IMG/VR virus record: IMGVR_UViG_3300011008_000028
DNA from: a virus
Taxonomy: Duplodnaviria; Caudoviricetes
Direction: 5' to 3' (one strand)
DNA length: 64,000 nt
Shown here: one piece after another, positions 30,278-40,533 of the stretch
How the letters are laid out: each line of letters begins with the position of its first letter
How positions within the stretch are numbered: the first letter of the stretch is position 1
Notes under the pieces: generated by a model
What the model was told of the DNA's origin: nothing
What the model saw: only the letters and a program-made list of their open reading frames with translations
Databases searched by the model: none
Program-made: the position numbers and the translations under genes

Positions 30278-30460
30278 ATGATAAACCCAAAAAACATAGA
30301 CTTCACAAACCCAGATTCAATCAAGAATCTTCCACCAGAGTTTCTCAAGGAGATGGCGGATGGAAGAGATGAAAACGAAAAGCTGGCAGCTATTACTAAG
30401 TCGGCCTTAGATCTGGCATCCATAGCCATCAATGAAGCAAAAAAAGAAAGGAGTTGGTAA
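30278..30460 (+). CDS. Small hypothetical protein
   Basis: AAGGAG RBS. Confidence 0.55.
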   Translation: MINPKNIDFTNPDSIKNLPPEFLKEMADGRDENEKLAAITKSALDLASIAINEAKKERSW

Positions 30461-30463
30461 CTA

Positions 30464-32320
30464 ATGGCTGCAACGCAAAAGTTCACTAACTCAGGATTGG
30501 TTACCTATACCAAGCTGAGTTCACATCATTCCGGCCAACGAGTTCAAAACATAGACACAATAACACCTCACTGCATGGCAGGTAATATGACTGCTGAAAA
30601 CTGTGCAAACTTCTTTGCATCTGATTATACCCAGGCATCTTCCCAATACACCATCGGTTCTGATGGACATATTGCATTATCTGTAGAAGAAAAGAATAGG
30701 TCATGGTGTTCTTCATCCAACGCAAATGACCAGAGAGCTGTCACGATCGAAGTTGCCAACTTGACAACATCTGAGCCATTCCCTGTTTCAGCTCAGGCAT
30801 GGAACGCTCTTGTCGACCTCTGTACGGATGTATGCCAGAGGAATAGCATCAAGGAGCTCAAGTGGAAAGCCGATAAGACCCTGATAGGTCAGCCGGATAA
30901 ACAGAACATCACTGTTCATCGTTGGTTCACCAACAACCGCTCCTGCCTTCCTATCGACACGAAGGTACTTCGTAGACCCTCCAAGGATGCTGTATATGTA
31001 GATGATGATCATACCGTCTCTGGGGACTGGATCACCTTGGAAGATATTCAACTCAATGATGAAATCCTTTCTGTAAATGATAACGGTGAAATCGTTGGTT
31101 GGTATCCTGTGTTGGACAAGATTGAGATCGAGCCTGATAGAGTGTATGAATTCCAATGTGGTCTTACAGCTACTGGAGATCATAAGCTTCTCGTCAAGAG
31201 ATCTCCTACCGAAAGCACATACGCTACGATGTCGGTGGATGAGATTCTGGATGAAATGGACAAGATAGGAACTTCCTTCTATGTACCATTCTTGGATCCT
31301 ACGGTTACCGACATTCCTCTAGGTAATATAACCAGAACTTATAGCACAGAAGTTTCCTGTGTGACTGTATCTTCTGGTTATATTTTCATCAAGCAGAATG
31401 ACAAAAAGTTCTATGTAGGTAATTGTCCTGGTGAATACATGTATTCCAGAATGGGTCAATTGGCATCCGAAGTCAATGCAAAGTTGAAGGCCAAGAGTCA
31501 GGAATTGTCCACAACAACTACAAACAATCTCACCAAGATGACCAACGAGGAATTTGTTCAATCCTATCTCAAGGGCAAACAGCTTAATGACTATGCAATC
31601 TGTGCAATTATGGGCTGTATGCAGGCTGAGTCCGGATTCATTCCGAACAACCTTGAGAATACAAAAGAAAAGACCCTGAACCTCACGGATACAACATATA
31701 CTCTTGCAGTTGATAAGGGAGCATATCCTAACTTCGCAAAGGACGGTGCCGGATATGGTCTTTGTCAATGGACATATTCTGTTGGCAAACAGAGACTCCT
31801 TGACTTCGCTAGACAGAGAAAGAAGTCTGTAGGAGATCTGTATACCCAGTGCGAATTCTTCTGGTGGGATCTCAATAACAACTTCAAGAATCTTAAGACG
31901 AAACTTGTTGCAGCAAAGTCTGTTGCAGAAGCTCTTAGAGCATTCCTTGATACTTATGAATATGGCGGACATGCTCCGGATAATATCTATAACAAGAGAC
32001 TGGAATATGCAACCAAGTTCTACAATAAGTATGCTGTAAAGACTACGACAATCCAGACAACTTCGTCTACAGGTACAGGCAAACGTCCTGATGCTGCGGC
32101 ATCGAGAAAGGTTCCGTACCTTGTAAGGGTTGAAGTAGGTGAACTCCGTATTCGTGAAAAGCCCAGTATTAATTCGACGATCAAAGGATCTATAAAAGAT
32201 AAATCCATATATACGATCGTCGAAGAAGCCAAGGGCGTAGGAACAATACTCTGGGGCAGACTGAAGTCTGGTGCAGGATGGATTGCTCTTGATTACACTT
32301 CATTCGTAAGGAATGTATAA
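30464..32320 (+). CDS. Endolysin / cell-wall hydrolase: Amidase_2 (intein-split) + tail-lysozyme-like domain + SH3b
   Basis: TPHCMAG, ASSQY, RSWCSSS, TIEVAN, VHRWF..CPG amidase motifs; AIMGCMQAES..GYGLCQWT lysozyme motifs; C-terminal WGRLKSGAGWI. Confidence 0.88.
   Translation: MAATQKFTNSGLVTYTKLSSHHSGQRVQNIDTITPHCMAGNMTAENCANFFASDYTQASSQYTIGSDGHIALSVEEKNRSWCSSSNANDQRAVTIEVANLTTSEPFPVSAQAWNALVDLCTDVCQRNSIKELKWKADKTLIGQPDKQNITVHRWFTNNRSCLPIDTKVLRRPSKDAVYVDDDHTVSGDWITLEDIQLNDEILSVNDNGEIVGWYPVLDKIEIEPDRVYEFQCGLTATGDHKLLVKRSPTESTYATMSVDEILDEMDKIGTSFYVPFLDPTVTDIPLGNITRTYSTEVSCVTVSSGYIFIKQNDKKFYVGNCPGEYMYSRMGQLASEVNAKLKAKSQELSTTTTNNLTKMTNEEFVQSYLKGKQLNDYAICAIMGCMQAESGFIPNNLENTKEKTLNLTDTTYTLAVDKGAYPNFAKDGAGYGLCQWTYSVGKQRLLDFARQRKKSVGDLYTQCEFFWWDLNNNFKNLKTKLVAAKSVAEALRAFLDTYEYGGHAPDNIYNKRLEYATKFYNKYAVKTTTIQTTSSTGTGKRPDAAASRKVPYLVRVEVGELRIREKPSINSTIKGSIKDKSIYTIVEEAKGVGTILWGRLKSGAGWIALDYTSFVRNV
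30944..31423 (+). mobile_element. Mini-intein (160 aa) in the amidase active site
   Basis: S|CLPIDTKV start, TGDH block B, VSCVTV..YVGN|C end; no endonuclease domain. Confidence 0.88.
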
Positions 32321-32437
32321 CGACAAAAAATTAAGAAGCTGATGAGGCTTCCTAATTGTTCACTTCACCGTATAAGCTCGAATGAAGTAGAGAACCGCTA
32401 TATTTCTCCTGCGTGTATATGTAAAGCTTAAAGCAGC

Positions 32438-32584
32438 TTACTTGCCTGATGTGAATATTGTTTCAATTACAAAGTTAATGGTCATAACTGTAAGCATTAC
32501 AACTACAGCTATTGTGCTAACAATCGCACATGCCCATAGAATCGAAACAACGATTGAGAATATTATTGCGAATATCCCATCCAT
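32438..32584 (-). CDS. 48-aa hydrophobic peptide (not in the ORF track)
   Basis: MDGIFAIIFSIVVSILWACAIVSTIAVVVMLTVMTINFVIETIFTSGK with AAAGGAGGTG RBS. Confidence 0.65.
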   Translation of the reverse strand: MDGIFAIIFSIVVSILWACAIVSTIAVVVMLTVMTINFVIETIFTSGK

Positions 32585-32694
32585 GATATTCACCTCCTTT
32601 CATTAGGAGATATGAGATATTGGGTCCATCATTTCCTATATCTCATATTAATAATATGAGCATGTGAAGAGAAGATACGGTGTAAGTACAAAAG

Positions 32695-32726
32695 AAATGA
32701 TCCCCGGGAACTCCCGGGGATCATTT
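32695..32726. terminator. 15-bp hairpin
   Basis: AAATGATCCCCGGGA-AC-TCCCGGGGATCATTT. Confidence 0.7.
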
Positions 32727-32885
32727 TTATGTCTCTAACATGAAGTCATATGTTGTCACTATAGTTCCGTCATCAAGCATTACATCGTATGAATACCCAA
32801 TCGAAGTTCTTTCGACGATTCTGATGATTACACCATATTCGTCTCGACTAGGTATGTATACGATAACACCGGGACTATACATGAC

Positions 32886-33401
32886 TCATATAACACCTCG
32901 CTTACATACACGGATTTTACCAGGCTTGATATATCTGGTATATACTTTTATCATCGTAGTGATATACCGCTGTAATGATGATATCATATCTTCATAGTAC
33001 TGAGTTGCAAATGGGTTGCCAGACCGCTCTTCATATGATTCATTAATCATCTTAAACATTGTAGTCAGAGTTACATCATAATCAACGGTAATATCAAAGC
33101 GGGAGTTTGAATCATGATGCCGCAATATCAATTCATCATGATCTCCCTTCTTCGCTTGTAATATAATTTGATTATCATTTCTCCGGAAGAAGTTGAAAAC
33201 AATCCCTTGATCATACCCTATGAACACGATAAAGTAGTCGATACCATCTATTGAATAGTATCGACGTATTTGCTTCATAGACTTAATGTTGCAACCATAT
33301 CCTTCGTCAATCATAATATCAACGACGGTCTTGCTTGGGAAAGTTTCCGATGCAAAATCGATATACTCAACCAGGTCCCTGACATGAAAGTTTGTACTCA
33401 T
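32886..33401 (-). CDS. Hypothetical protein
   Basis: GGAGGAG RBS; coupled ORF. Confidence 0.6.
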   Translation of the reverse strand: MSTNFHVRDLVEYIDFASETFPSKTVVDIMIDEGYGCNIKSMKQIRRYYSIDGIDYFIVFIGYDQGIVFNFFRRNDNQIILQAKKGDHDELILRHHDSNSRFDITVDYDVTLTTMFKMINESYEERSGNPFATQYYEDMISSLQRYITTMIKVYTRYIKPGKIRVCKRGVI

Positions 33402-33877
33402 TCTTCTCCTCCTTGAAACATGATATTGACTCTGTGCCTAGTTCTGTATCTGTGAATAAAACTATTAATATCAGACGGGAAGCTTTCGATAAATCGTTCT
33501 ATGTTCTGGTAATAAACACCATCTATGTCTGCACAATCATTGTCATACTCTTCCATCAATGAATCAAATATGTTGTTTATCCCACATAAAGGTTGAGCAT
33601 GCTTTTCACAATATACATATTCTCTATCGTCCTGTACACCGTTCCCTAGTATGAATATCATGTCTTTATTCTCTGGGATAATTCTCACGATCAGGTATCC
33701 TGCTTCTGAATGGTATACATCAAAGCTTTCAATACCTTTCTCTGACATATTTCTGAGAATTGCATAATGATCTTTGAAGTCATCAGATGGCGAAGCATAC
33801 TTCTCTGTATTGAAGACAATTCCATTCCATGAATTGGGATCATTAAGCATCTCTAATAAATCTTGACATGTATACAT
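33398..33877 (-). CDS. Hypothetical protein
   Basis: ORF with RBS. Confidence 0.6.
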   Translation of the reverse strand: MYTCQDLLEMLNDPNSWNGIVFNTEKYASPSDDFKDHYAILRNMSEKGIESFDVYHSEAGYLIVRIIPENKDMIFILGNGVQDDREYVYCEKHAQPLCGINNIFDSLMEEYDNDCADIDGVYYQNIERFIESFPSDINSFIHRYRTRHRVNIMFQGGEE

Positions 33878-33912
33878 TTATTCATTCCTTTCTAACATAT
33901 TACCATGTGCCC

Positions 33913-34569
33913 TCAAACAGGGGCACATGGTAATACTATTGTACCAAGTGTATCGTATGAATATGCTGGAACATCTCGTTTTGTATATGATACTTTGGTA
34001 TTTAAACGATCATTCCAGCATTCAAGTATTCTATCATATTCGGTATATGATTCAGTCTCATCATAGCACAAACATTGATTGTATAATAATTCAGTTACAG
34101 CAATAAACTCATCCCTAGATACTTCTCTATCCCATAATGGGATTTTGATAATATCATTGCTAATCAATGAAATCATTGCCCCATTCGACCATGTATCAAA
34201 ATCATGCTTCGAGATAAATGTACATATATGAGGTATTTGAACATTGGTCTCATCCGGAATATGTGCCATTACAATTCCACCATGTATCTTGATGGGATCA
34301 CAATTTGGTGTTAGAGACATTCCTGCATAATGTTGACGAGCAAAGCATTCTGTATCAGGTAGTATAATGGCCTCTTCGGGACGCCACTTATAATCCTCAT
34401 CTCCAAATACATCATATACTTGAATCATAGTTTTTCCAAATCTGTGCTTCTTTTTCAAATATATGACAGAACGTTTCAACCCAACATCATGAACATATCG
34501 ATTGTCATTTGTAGTCGGATATTCCAGATTCGTAGTCAGGCATGGTTGATTTTGGATCAATTCGCCCAT
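33913..34569 (-). CDS. Hypothetical protein
   Basis: AAGGAG RBS; upstream promoter motif. Confidence 0.6.
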   Translation of the reverse strand: MGELIQNQPCLTTNLEYPTTNDNRYVHDVGLKRSVIYLKKKHRFGKTMIQVYDVFGDEDYKWRPEEAIILPDTECFARQHYAGMSLTPNCDPIKIHGGIVMAHIPDETNVQIPHICTFISKHDFDTWSNGAMISLISNDIIKIPLWDREVSRDEFIAVTELLYNQCLCYDETESYTEYDRILECWNDRLNTKVSYTKRDVPAYSYDTLGTIVLPCAPV

Positions 34570-34620
34570 TCTTCACATCTCCTTTCTAAATATTTTGAAA
34601 ATATTTTCATATTCTCTGCA

Positions 34621-34635
34621 TTAATAATATATATT
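34621..34635 (-). promoter_or_regulatory. Putative early promoter
   Basis: Minus-strand AATATATATTATTAA. Confidence 0.6.
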
Positions 34636-34699
34636 TATAAAAGAATGAACTGCAGGTGGGATATCCCACCTGCGGGATTGTTAATGTTTATTGAACGAA

Positions 34700-35353
34700 T
34701 TAGTCTGTTGGATATATTGTGAAGCTCCCTTGATATTGAGTCCAATCATCAAGGTAACCTCTTAGTATGAACTGTTGACCTTTGTCTTCTACTTGTCCGA
34801 CATACTCAATATCATCAGCATCCCTCATAATCCGTTCTTCACCGTTGTAATTCACGGTAAGATTAGTATCATCACTCATGATGATCGCCCGGATTTTATT
34901 ATCGAGAAGAAGTCTAAAGTCATTTGCTGCATCCTGATTGTTGAAAACTCCTTCAACTTCAGGAAATATTTGTTGGATGAGCTGAAGAATACTAACTTTC
35001 TTTATTACCTTCCTAGGAGCAACTTTGATATCGATAATGTATGTCGTGTCCTGTTCTTCTGGAACTCCTTCAATTGTTATCGGGATATATCCAGGGCGAA
35101 TGTTATCGAAGTTGCATACAGCCTTTGCAGATCTGCACTTTATTAACTTATTACTATTCTGCTCAGGCATGTACAGTTCACCTTTCTCAGCGGCATTATC
35201 CAGCATCGCCTGAAGGTTATCGACATATGTCTGTGCTTCCTCCTTCGGATCAGGTTTGTCATTGAAATCAAAGGAATAGTTTTGTACAGTATTGTCGAGT
35301 ACATCTTTGAGATTATCAAGCATTTCTTTAGTCACCATTTTACACCTCTCCAT
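34700..35353 (-). CDS. Hypothetical protein
   Basis: ORF in the operon. Confidence 0.6.
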   Translation of the reverse strand: MERCKMVTKEMLDNLKDVLDNTVQNYSFDFNDKPDPKEEAQTYVDNLQAMLDNAAEKGELYMPEQNSNKLIKCRSAKAVCNFDNIRPGYIPITIEGVPEEQDTTYIIDIKVAPRKVIKKVSILQLIQQIFPEVEGVFNNQDAANDFRLLLDNKIRAIIMSDDTNLTVNYNGEERIMRDADDIEYVGQVEDKGQQFILRGYLDDWTQYQGSFTIYPTD

Positions 35354-35543
35354 TCGTTAGAACGTTTATCTTCTTCTGAAGCCGATCAATCTCCTGTGCT
35401 AAGTCTAGCACGATATTGCAGAGTTTGACTATGCTTTCTTCAGTTCTAGAAGGGCCATACATACACGTATCCCTATCATCAGATATATGCTGAATTATAT
35501 AATCGAGATGCTCATTGATATTATCCATTTTTTCTTGGGTCAT
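35340..35543 (-). CDS. Small hypothetical protein
   Basis: AGGAGG RBS. Confidence 0.55.
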   Translation of the reverse strand: MTQEKMDNINEHLDYIIQHISDDRDTCMYGPSRTEESIVKLCNIVLDLAQEIDRLQKKINVLTNGEV

Positions 35544-35746
35544 CGTCTGTATCCTCCTTTTCCATCCTTGATAGGCTTTATGAATGCATTATACGCCTTC
35601 TCATGAAGATAACATATTGAACACCCGATATTCTCTGCATCAACAACGACGCCATCCTCGGAGGGTTTAAGTTCATATACCTCTCCATTCTTCTTTATGC
35701 GGAACTTAGTGGTATCATAATAATCCAAGAAATCTTTAACTTTCAT
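35540..35746 (-). CDS. Small hypothetical protein
   Basis: AAGGA RBS. Confidence 0.55.
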   Translation of the reverse strand: MKVKDFLDYYDTTKFRIKKNGEVYELKPSEDGVVVDAENIGCSICYLHEKAYNAFIKPIKDGKGGYRR

Positions 35747-35819
35747 AATTACTTTCCTTTCTCTTATAATGAAAGAATATCCATGGAGCCTATTATAGGC
35801 TCCATGGATTTATTATATT

Positions 35820-36227
35820 TTACTTTTGATCTCCTACCCATATCTTGGTATAGAGTCCACAGTGACATATAGCATCACCGATGGTCTCACGGAATTCTCT
35901 GCACTTACACAGTGTATCCTTATTTTTTGTGATCTTGCAAGGGCAGTAACCATCATTATCTTTGATCGCCTGTTCGATTTGGTCGGCGCCTTTACCGCTA
36001 TTACGGTGAATGATGTCCGCACGTTCAAACTGATACTCTTGGTTACTATCCACATTAGCCGGAACTTTCTTCCCTAGGAATGCTTCGATCGGTTCGGAAA
36101 GTTTGATTCCTGTCTTGAGATTGGTGTATCCAACGATCCCATTCTCATACGTATCGACAATGTACAGCTCACCTGTGTAGTATCTGTATATACGGCCTAC
36201 TGCTAATTCGCGATCCATATTAATCAA
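35820..36227 (-). CDS. DUF1653-like N-terminus fused to a ferredoxin-thioredoxin reductase catalytic-type domain
   Basis: GRIYRYYTGELYIV..QEYQFE, then GYCPC..CKC..CHCGLY. Confidence 0.7.
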   Translation of the reverse strand: MINMDRELAVGRIYRYYTGELYIVDTYENGIVGYTNLKTGIKLSEPIEAFLGKKVPANVDSNQEYQFERADIIHRNSGKGADQIEQAIKDNDGYCPCKITKNKDTLCKCREFRETIGDAICHCGLYTKIWVGDQK

Positions 36228-36274
36228 CTCCTTTACGATTGTTTCGCAATTGAATACGATTAATCGACAGTTGA

Positions 36275-36796
36275 TTACGGATGATTAGATTGCAGTGTCA
36301 TGAACTCGTTACTGATGTACCGAGCATACTGGTTGGGAGATGCCAGCTTCACCCCGAGAGTTTCATCGAACTTCGATTGTTGCCCAGGTATGAACCGGCC
36401 GAACTTAACGATGATATTCGGGATTTCCGCGAGTTGTTTTATCTCCTTCTCAACTTCTTCTTCTTTGTATCCGGTGTATATGACAATGGTATCATTCACC
36501 CTCTCCCTGAAGAGTTTGATCAAGTTGTATAACTCCTCAAACTGTTCAAAGGGTTCAAGCCCACCGAACACAATGGCGGAAGTAAACTGATTACAGAGAT
36601 AACGGGAAACGATCTGTTCATCATCAATATCGATTACTCGTGCTCCTCGCCAGAAATCATTCTGACATGTTGCAATATCGATACCGGCTTCGATACAACA
36701 TTTCCCACTGCATGAAATAGTTCCAATGAACATTGATGGAACTTTGAAGTTGATGAAGTCTTCGTCTTTGATTGTTTTGACTCTCATTTTGATCAC
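36275..36796 (-). CDS. nrdG: Anaerobic RNR activating protein (radical SAM)
   Basis: CSGKC..CQN and GGLEPF motifs; adjacent to nrdD. Confidence 0.85.
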   Translation of the reverse strand: MIKMRVKTIKDEDFINFKVPSMFIGTISCSGKCCIEAGIDIATCQNDFWRGARVIDIDDEQIVSRYLCNQFTSAIVFGGLEPFEQFEELYNLIKLFRERVNDTIVIYTGYKEEEVEKEIKQLAEIPNIIVKFGRFIPGQQSKFDETLGVKLASPNQYARYISNEFMTLQSNHP

Positions 36797-39700
36797 TCCA
36801 TTAATGTTTGCGCATATTCGAACCAGAGTCTAGAATTGAACTCCTTCTTGCGATCCATGGAGTACGATCTGGTAGGTACAAGGTAACCAACGATACGTTG
36901 ATATGTATCGAATACCGGTTCTCCACATACATCACAGTGATCTCCCAGGAACGCATGATGGTTCTTGCATTCATTTATCCGGGTGTTGTACGCAAAGTAG
37001 ATGACATCCGACAGAGCAATCTCGTTGAGGTTAACCCATGCAGCATCTGTATTCGGGAAGTTTGCTTCCAGATTGATGTGGGCAATTGCTCCACCCCCAC
37101 ACTTGGCATCGAGTATTGAGCATACTCTGAGCTTTTCCTTGAGAGTGCACTGCTGTGAAAGCGGGATCCACTGATTAGAGTATATGAATCTATCCGGGTT
37201 GTAATATCTGGATTCAGGGTATAACACATTATCCTTTTGGGCAAATATGCACGCACAGCGCTCGCCCGGGACGCTTTCAACGTTAAATGAATAATCGATC
37301 GTTAAATCTTCATATTGTGGATGAGTAGTATCGACTTGAATCCATTTCTGTTTAATCGTATTAAATGTGTCTTTTACATCGTTGAGTACTTCGAATATCT
37401 GAGATGAAAACTCTATACCTTCTTTGGTGTAGTATACATTCCCGAATTCATCCTGTTCCGTCATTCCGAGTGCTTCAATAACTTCATACATTCCAAGGAT
37501 TCCAATTGTACTGTAGCAATGATCCATTTCCACGCCGCCATCACAGAAGTTAGGAAGTAATCCTTTATCAATGTTACGTTTGATAATATGGCGTTGAACG
37601 TCCAGGACTTTGCAACATAATAGAGTTTTAGAACGTAAAATATCAAGATACTTCTTCTTGAGAAGTTCTCGATCATCTGAACCCATACATGCTTCAGTTT
37701 CATAAACAATCCTCATCAGGTTGATTGTATTAACTTTGATAGAGCCAATCGATAGAGCTGTACCGCCGATGGAGTTAATGAATGCATTCAATTTTTGGGT
37801 GTCGGACAATAAACGGCAGCAATTTGAGAGGACGCCACAGTCTGTGGACATGAAGAAGTTTGAATCATTCCATACGGTGTTATGATCGGAACACCATCTT
37901 GCAAATTCATTATCCGCAAACACATCATAGTGTTGGGTTCGTCTCATTTCGGCAATATCAGCCTCTGTCATCCATTCCCGTTCGTTGAATCCTGGTTTGG
38001 AAGCAAGTTCCTTTAATGTTTCGGGGGTTGATATTTTCTTCTTAAGAAGAGAATACGTCAATCGTTGTATTCATACAGTTCGCAGCACTGCACAGTTCTC
38101 TTATGAACTTCCCTATGTCACCATAGGATACTAGACTATATCATATCCCAGATATGATATATCTGGGATCCCAGCACTTCGCGTTTCCTCAGTCCCTTGC
38201 AGGATTTAAACTGACCTGGCATTAGCTTCCAGGGCTACTCTACTCACTTCCATATTAGATATCATCATCTAAATATGCGCTTTCGATAGTCGTTGCACTT
38301 TTCCATCGATATGGACTTAGCTCATGATTGTCTGAATAATGTGTATTGAAGTGACATTTATGACATAAAACGACTATATTGGATTCATCTATAAAATCCG
38401 GATATGTGATTAATTGAGCATAAAATGTCGTTTTGTCATGATCATATGTCGTTTTAAGAAATTCATCAAGTATTACTTTGAATGGCTTAATATGGTGGGT
38501 CTCTATATTCTCTGTAGATTTACAGTGTACACAAACGGTACCACGATTTCTGATTATGCGTTTAGAAATCGTTTTAAGCATTCCTCTGGCAAGAGATTTC
38601 TCGTTCAATGCACCCCTGTAATTTGGATTTTTAGATCCAATATATCTGCCTAATAAACTATTACTAATTCGATTTCTTAATTCGACATTGTTGATTTTTG
38701 ACTTTCGATCAGTAATTCCCATTCTATTAAGAATGATCGTAATGTTAGATCTAGTACAGCCAAGCATCAATGCGATTTCTAGATCAGTGTAGCCATAATC
38801 ATGCAATTCTTTAACTGCATTTTTGTCTACTACAGAAGTTCGAATTCCCATCTTGATTAGTTCATGCGTTACTGTACTTATACCACAACCTAATTGTTGG
38901 GCAATTTCTCTATGTAAGTAGCCCTCTTCCCTAAGACGTAGTATTTCGTCACGAATATCTTTGGTAATTTTCATATATTACACCTCCTTTCATATAGGCG
39001 TAATATATCACTAAATACACATTGTGAAAAATATTTTCAGAGTTTCCATGAATTCACTGGGTTTTCATAACGGATTACTCTGTTATGCCGCTATTTTTTC
39101 AACGGGGAACGTGAACATATTTTGCTTGCGAACATCGGACACAACTTCCATGAATATCTTCTGATGTTCTATTATTTCATCAACACAATCGATGACACAT
39201 GTTCCATCCGGATATATAACTCCTCCGAAAAGAGACTCTATATAAAACCTGTCAAAAATTGAAACATTGGTGAAGCTCGACTGATCTACCCGGAGGAATG
39301 GCTGGTTTAGGCGGTATATCAACTTCTGGAATGTTTGTCTCAAGTAATAGTCGGGATTACGGATATAATAATCATTAGCAACATCATTCTTCCAGAAATA
39401 GTATGTCCAGATTAAAACATTTGGGATACCGACCGCGCCTGAAGTCCTGTTACACATGAAACTGATGTACTCGATCAGGTCATCTGTGAATGTCGTCAAA
39501 TGTTTTGGGGATTCATGGTTGTAATTCTGAAGGAAGAATAAACCTTCGGTAGCCAAGCGGGTTAGATCGTATGCAAAGCAGTAACTCATCTCAGATGAAG
39601 AAAATGCATCATGCATATAGAATGATCCATTCCACTCTGCTTCCAACCATTCCCTCGCAGTTTTAAGTCCGTATATCTTCTTAATATCATGAAAGATCTT

Positions 39701-39955
39701 ATTGAATGCAAACATCTTATCATGAGGCTTACCTTTCTCAGATATTAAAGATCTTACATCCTTATGTGATGCATTTGCATTGGCATCAATGGTTACATCA
39801 GCGACATTCTTGTCAATGAATCCGTTGATGAAATCGGAAAAGTTTAGGTTTGATTCATGGAGACCGTTCAGATATTCAAATCCTTCACCATATCGTATCT
39901 GAAGATTGGTAAGGGTTAATTCAAAATCCCGACAGGTTTTAATCGGAATATTCAT
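36793..39955 (-). CDS. nrdD: Class III anaerobic ribonucleotide reductase; spliced join(complement 39102..39955, 36793..38062)
   Basis: Spliced junction MFTFPV-LTYSLL; YCFAY, SNCCRL, ESVPGE, zinc-site cysteines, glycyl-radical QRIVGYL; no ATP cone. Confidence 0.92.
38063..39101 (-). mobile_element. Group I intron in nrdD
   Basis: P GAATTCATGGAAA, Q CAATCATGAGC, R GCAACGACTATC, S GATATAGTCTAG; P1 CCGU/GCGG with U.G at the splice site; terminal G at 38063. Confidence 0.9.
38255..38974 (-). CDS. Intron-encoded HNH endonuclease with two N-terminal HTH repeats
   Basis: REIAQQLGCG / EIALMLGCT HTH motifs; CVHC..ETHHIK..NIVVLCHKCH. Confidence 0.88.
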   Translation of the reverse strand: MKITKDIRDEILRLREEGYLHREIAQQLGCGISTVTHELIKMGIRTSVVDKNAVKELHDYGYTDLEIALMLGCTRSNITIILNRMGITDRKSKINNVELRNRISNSLLGRYIGSKNPNYRGALNEKSLARGMLKTISKRIIRNRGTVCVHCKSTENIETHHIKPFKVILDEFLKTTYDHDKTTFYAQLITYPDFIDESNIVVLCHKCHFNTHYSDNHELSPYRWKSATTIESAYLDDDI

Positions 39956-39979
39956 GATATATCAATCCTTTCATTTGGT

Positions 39980-40303
39980 TTAATATGAATCTCTTACTCG
40001 ATATCTCCATTCAAAGGTGTGATATAGCCAGTTATCAACATATTGGAACGACACCGTTCTCCAGCTGACACCGTGCTCTTCCTCATCCTGATCATCGAGT
40101 ATTCGTTCAATGAGCGCTTTCACCATTTCTTCCGCTTCTTCCTTTGAAGTCTTGGTAGATGTATAGAATACATATCCTGGGTACTCACTGGACGTTGGCC
40201 GGAGTCTGTCATAATAGATAGTAATACCGTTTATGTCAACTTCCAGTCGGAGCGGAATTGGATTTCCGGGTTTATATACTTTTGGCGTTATTGTATATTC
40301 CAT
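39980..40303 (-). CDS. Hypothetical protein
   Basis: AAGGAG RBS. Confidence 0.6.
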   Translation of the reverse strand: MEYTITPKVYKPGNPIPLRLEVDINGITIYYDRLRPTSSEYPGYVFYTSTKTSKEEAEEMVKALIERILDDQDEEEHGVSWRTVSFQYVDNWLYHTFEWRYRVRDSY

Positions 40304-40315
40304 TTTATGACTCCT

Positions 40316-40516
40316 TCAGAAGGTGTTTATATATGCAGCTGCTTCGGTGAAGGACATGATTGGTCCATCATCCTCCTGCAGCATCGGTACTGTAGAGATT
40401 CCGAGTTCCTGCATCTTATCAGTGTCATTGCACTCGGTATAGTCAATGCCTTTCTGATCAAGCTTCATCTTAAGAACCTTGCACTTGGGGCATCCTGTAG
40501 AATATAATGTAAGCAT
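40316..40516 (-). CDS. NrdH/glutaredoxin-like redoxin
   Basis: LYSTGCPKC and STVPML motifs. Confidence 0.85.
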   Translation of the reverse strand: MLTLYSTGCPKCKVLKMKLDQKGIDYTECNDTDKMQELGISTVPMLQEDDGPIMSFTEAAAYINTF

Positions 40517-40533
40517 TGTAATTTTCTCCTTTC

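Noticed and set aside
32332-32400. CTGATGAG resembling a hammerhead ribozyme core
   Set aside because: No properly placed GAAA or stem III; the motif is the loop of a GAAGC/GCTTC hairpin after the endolysin stop.
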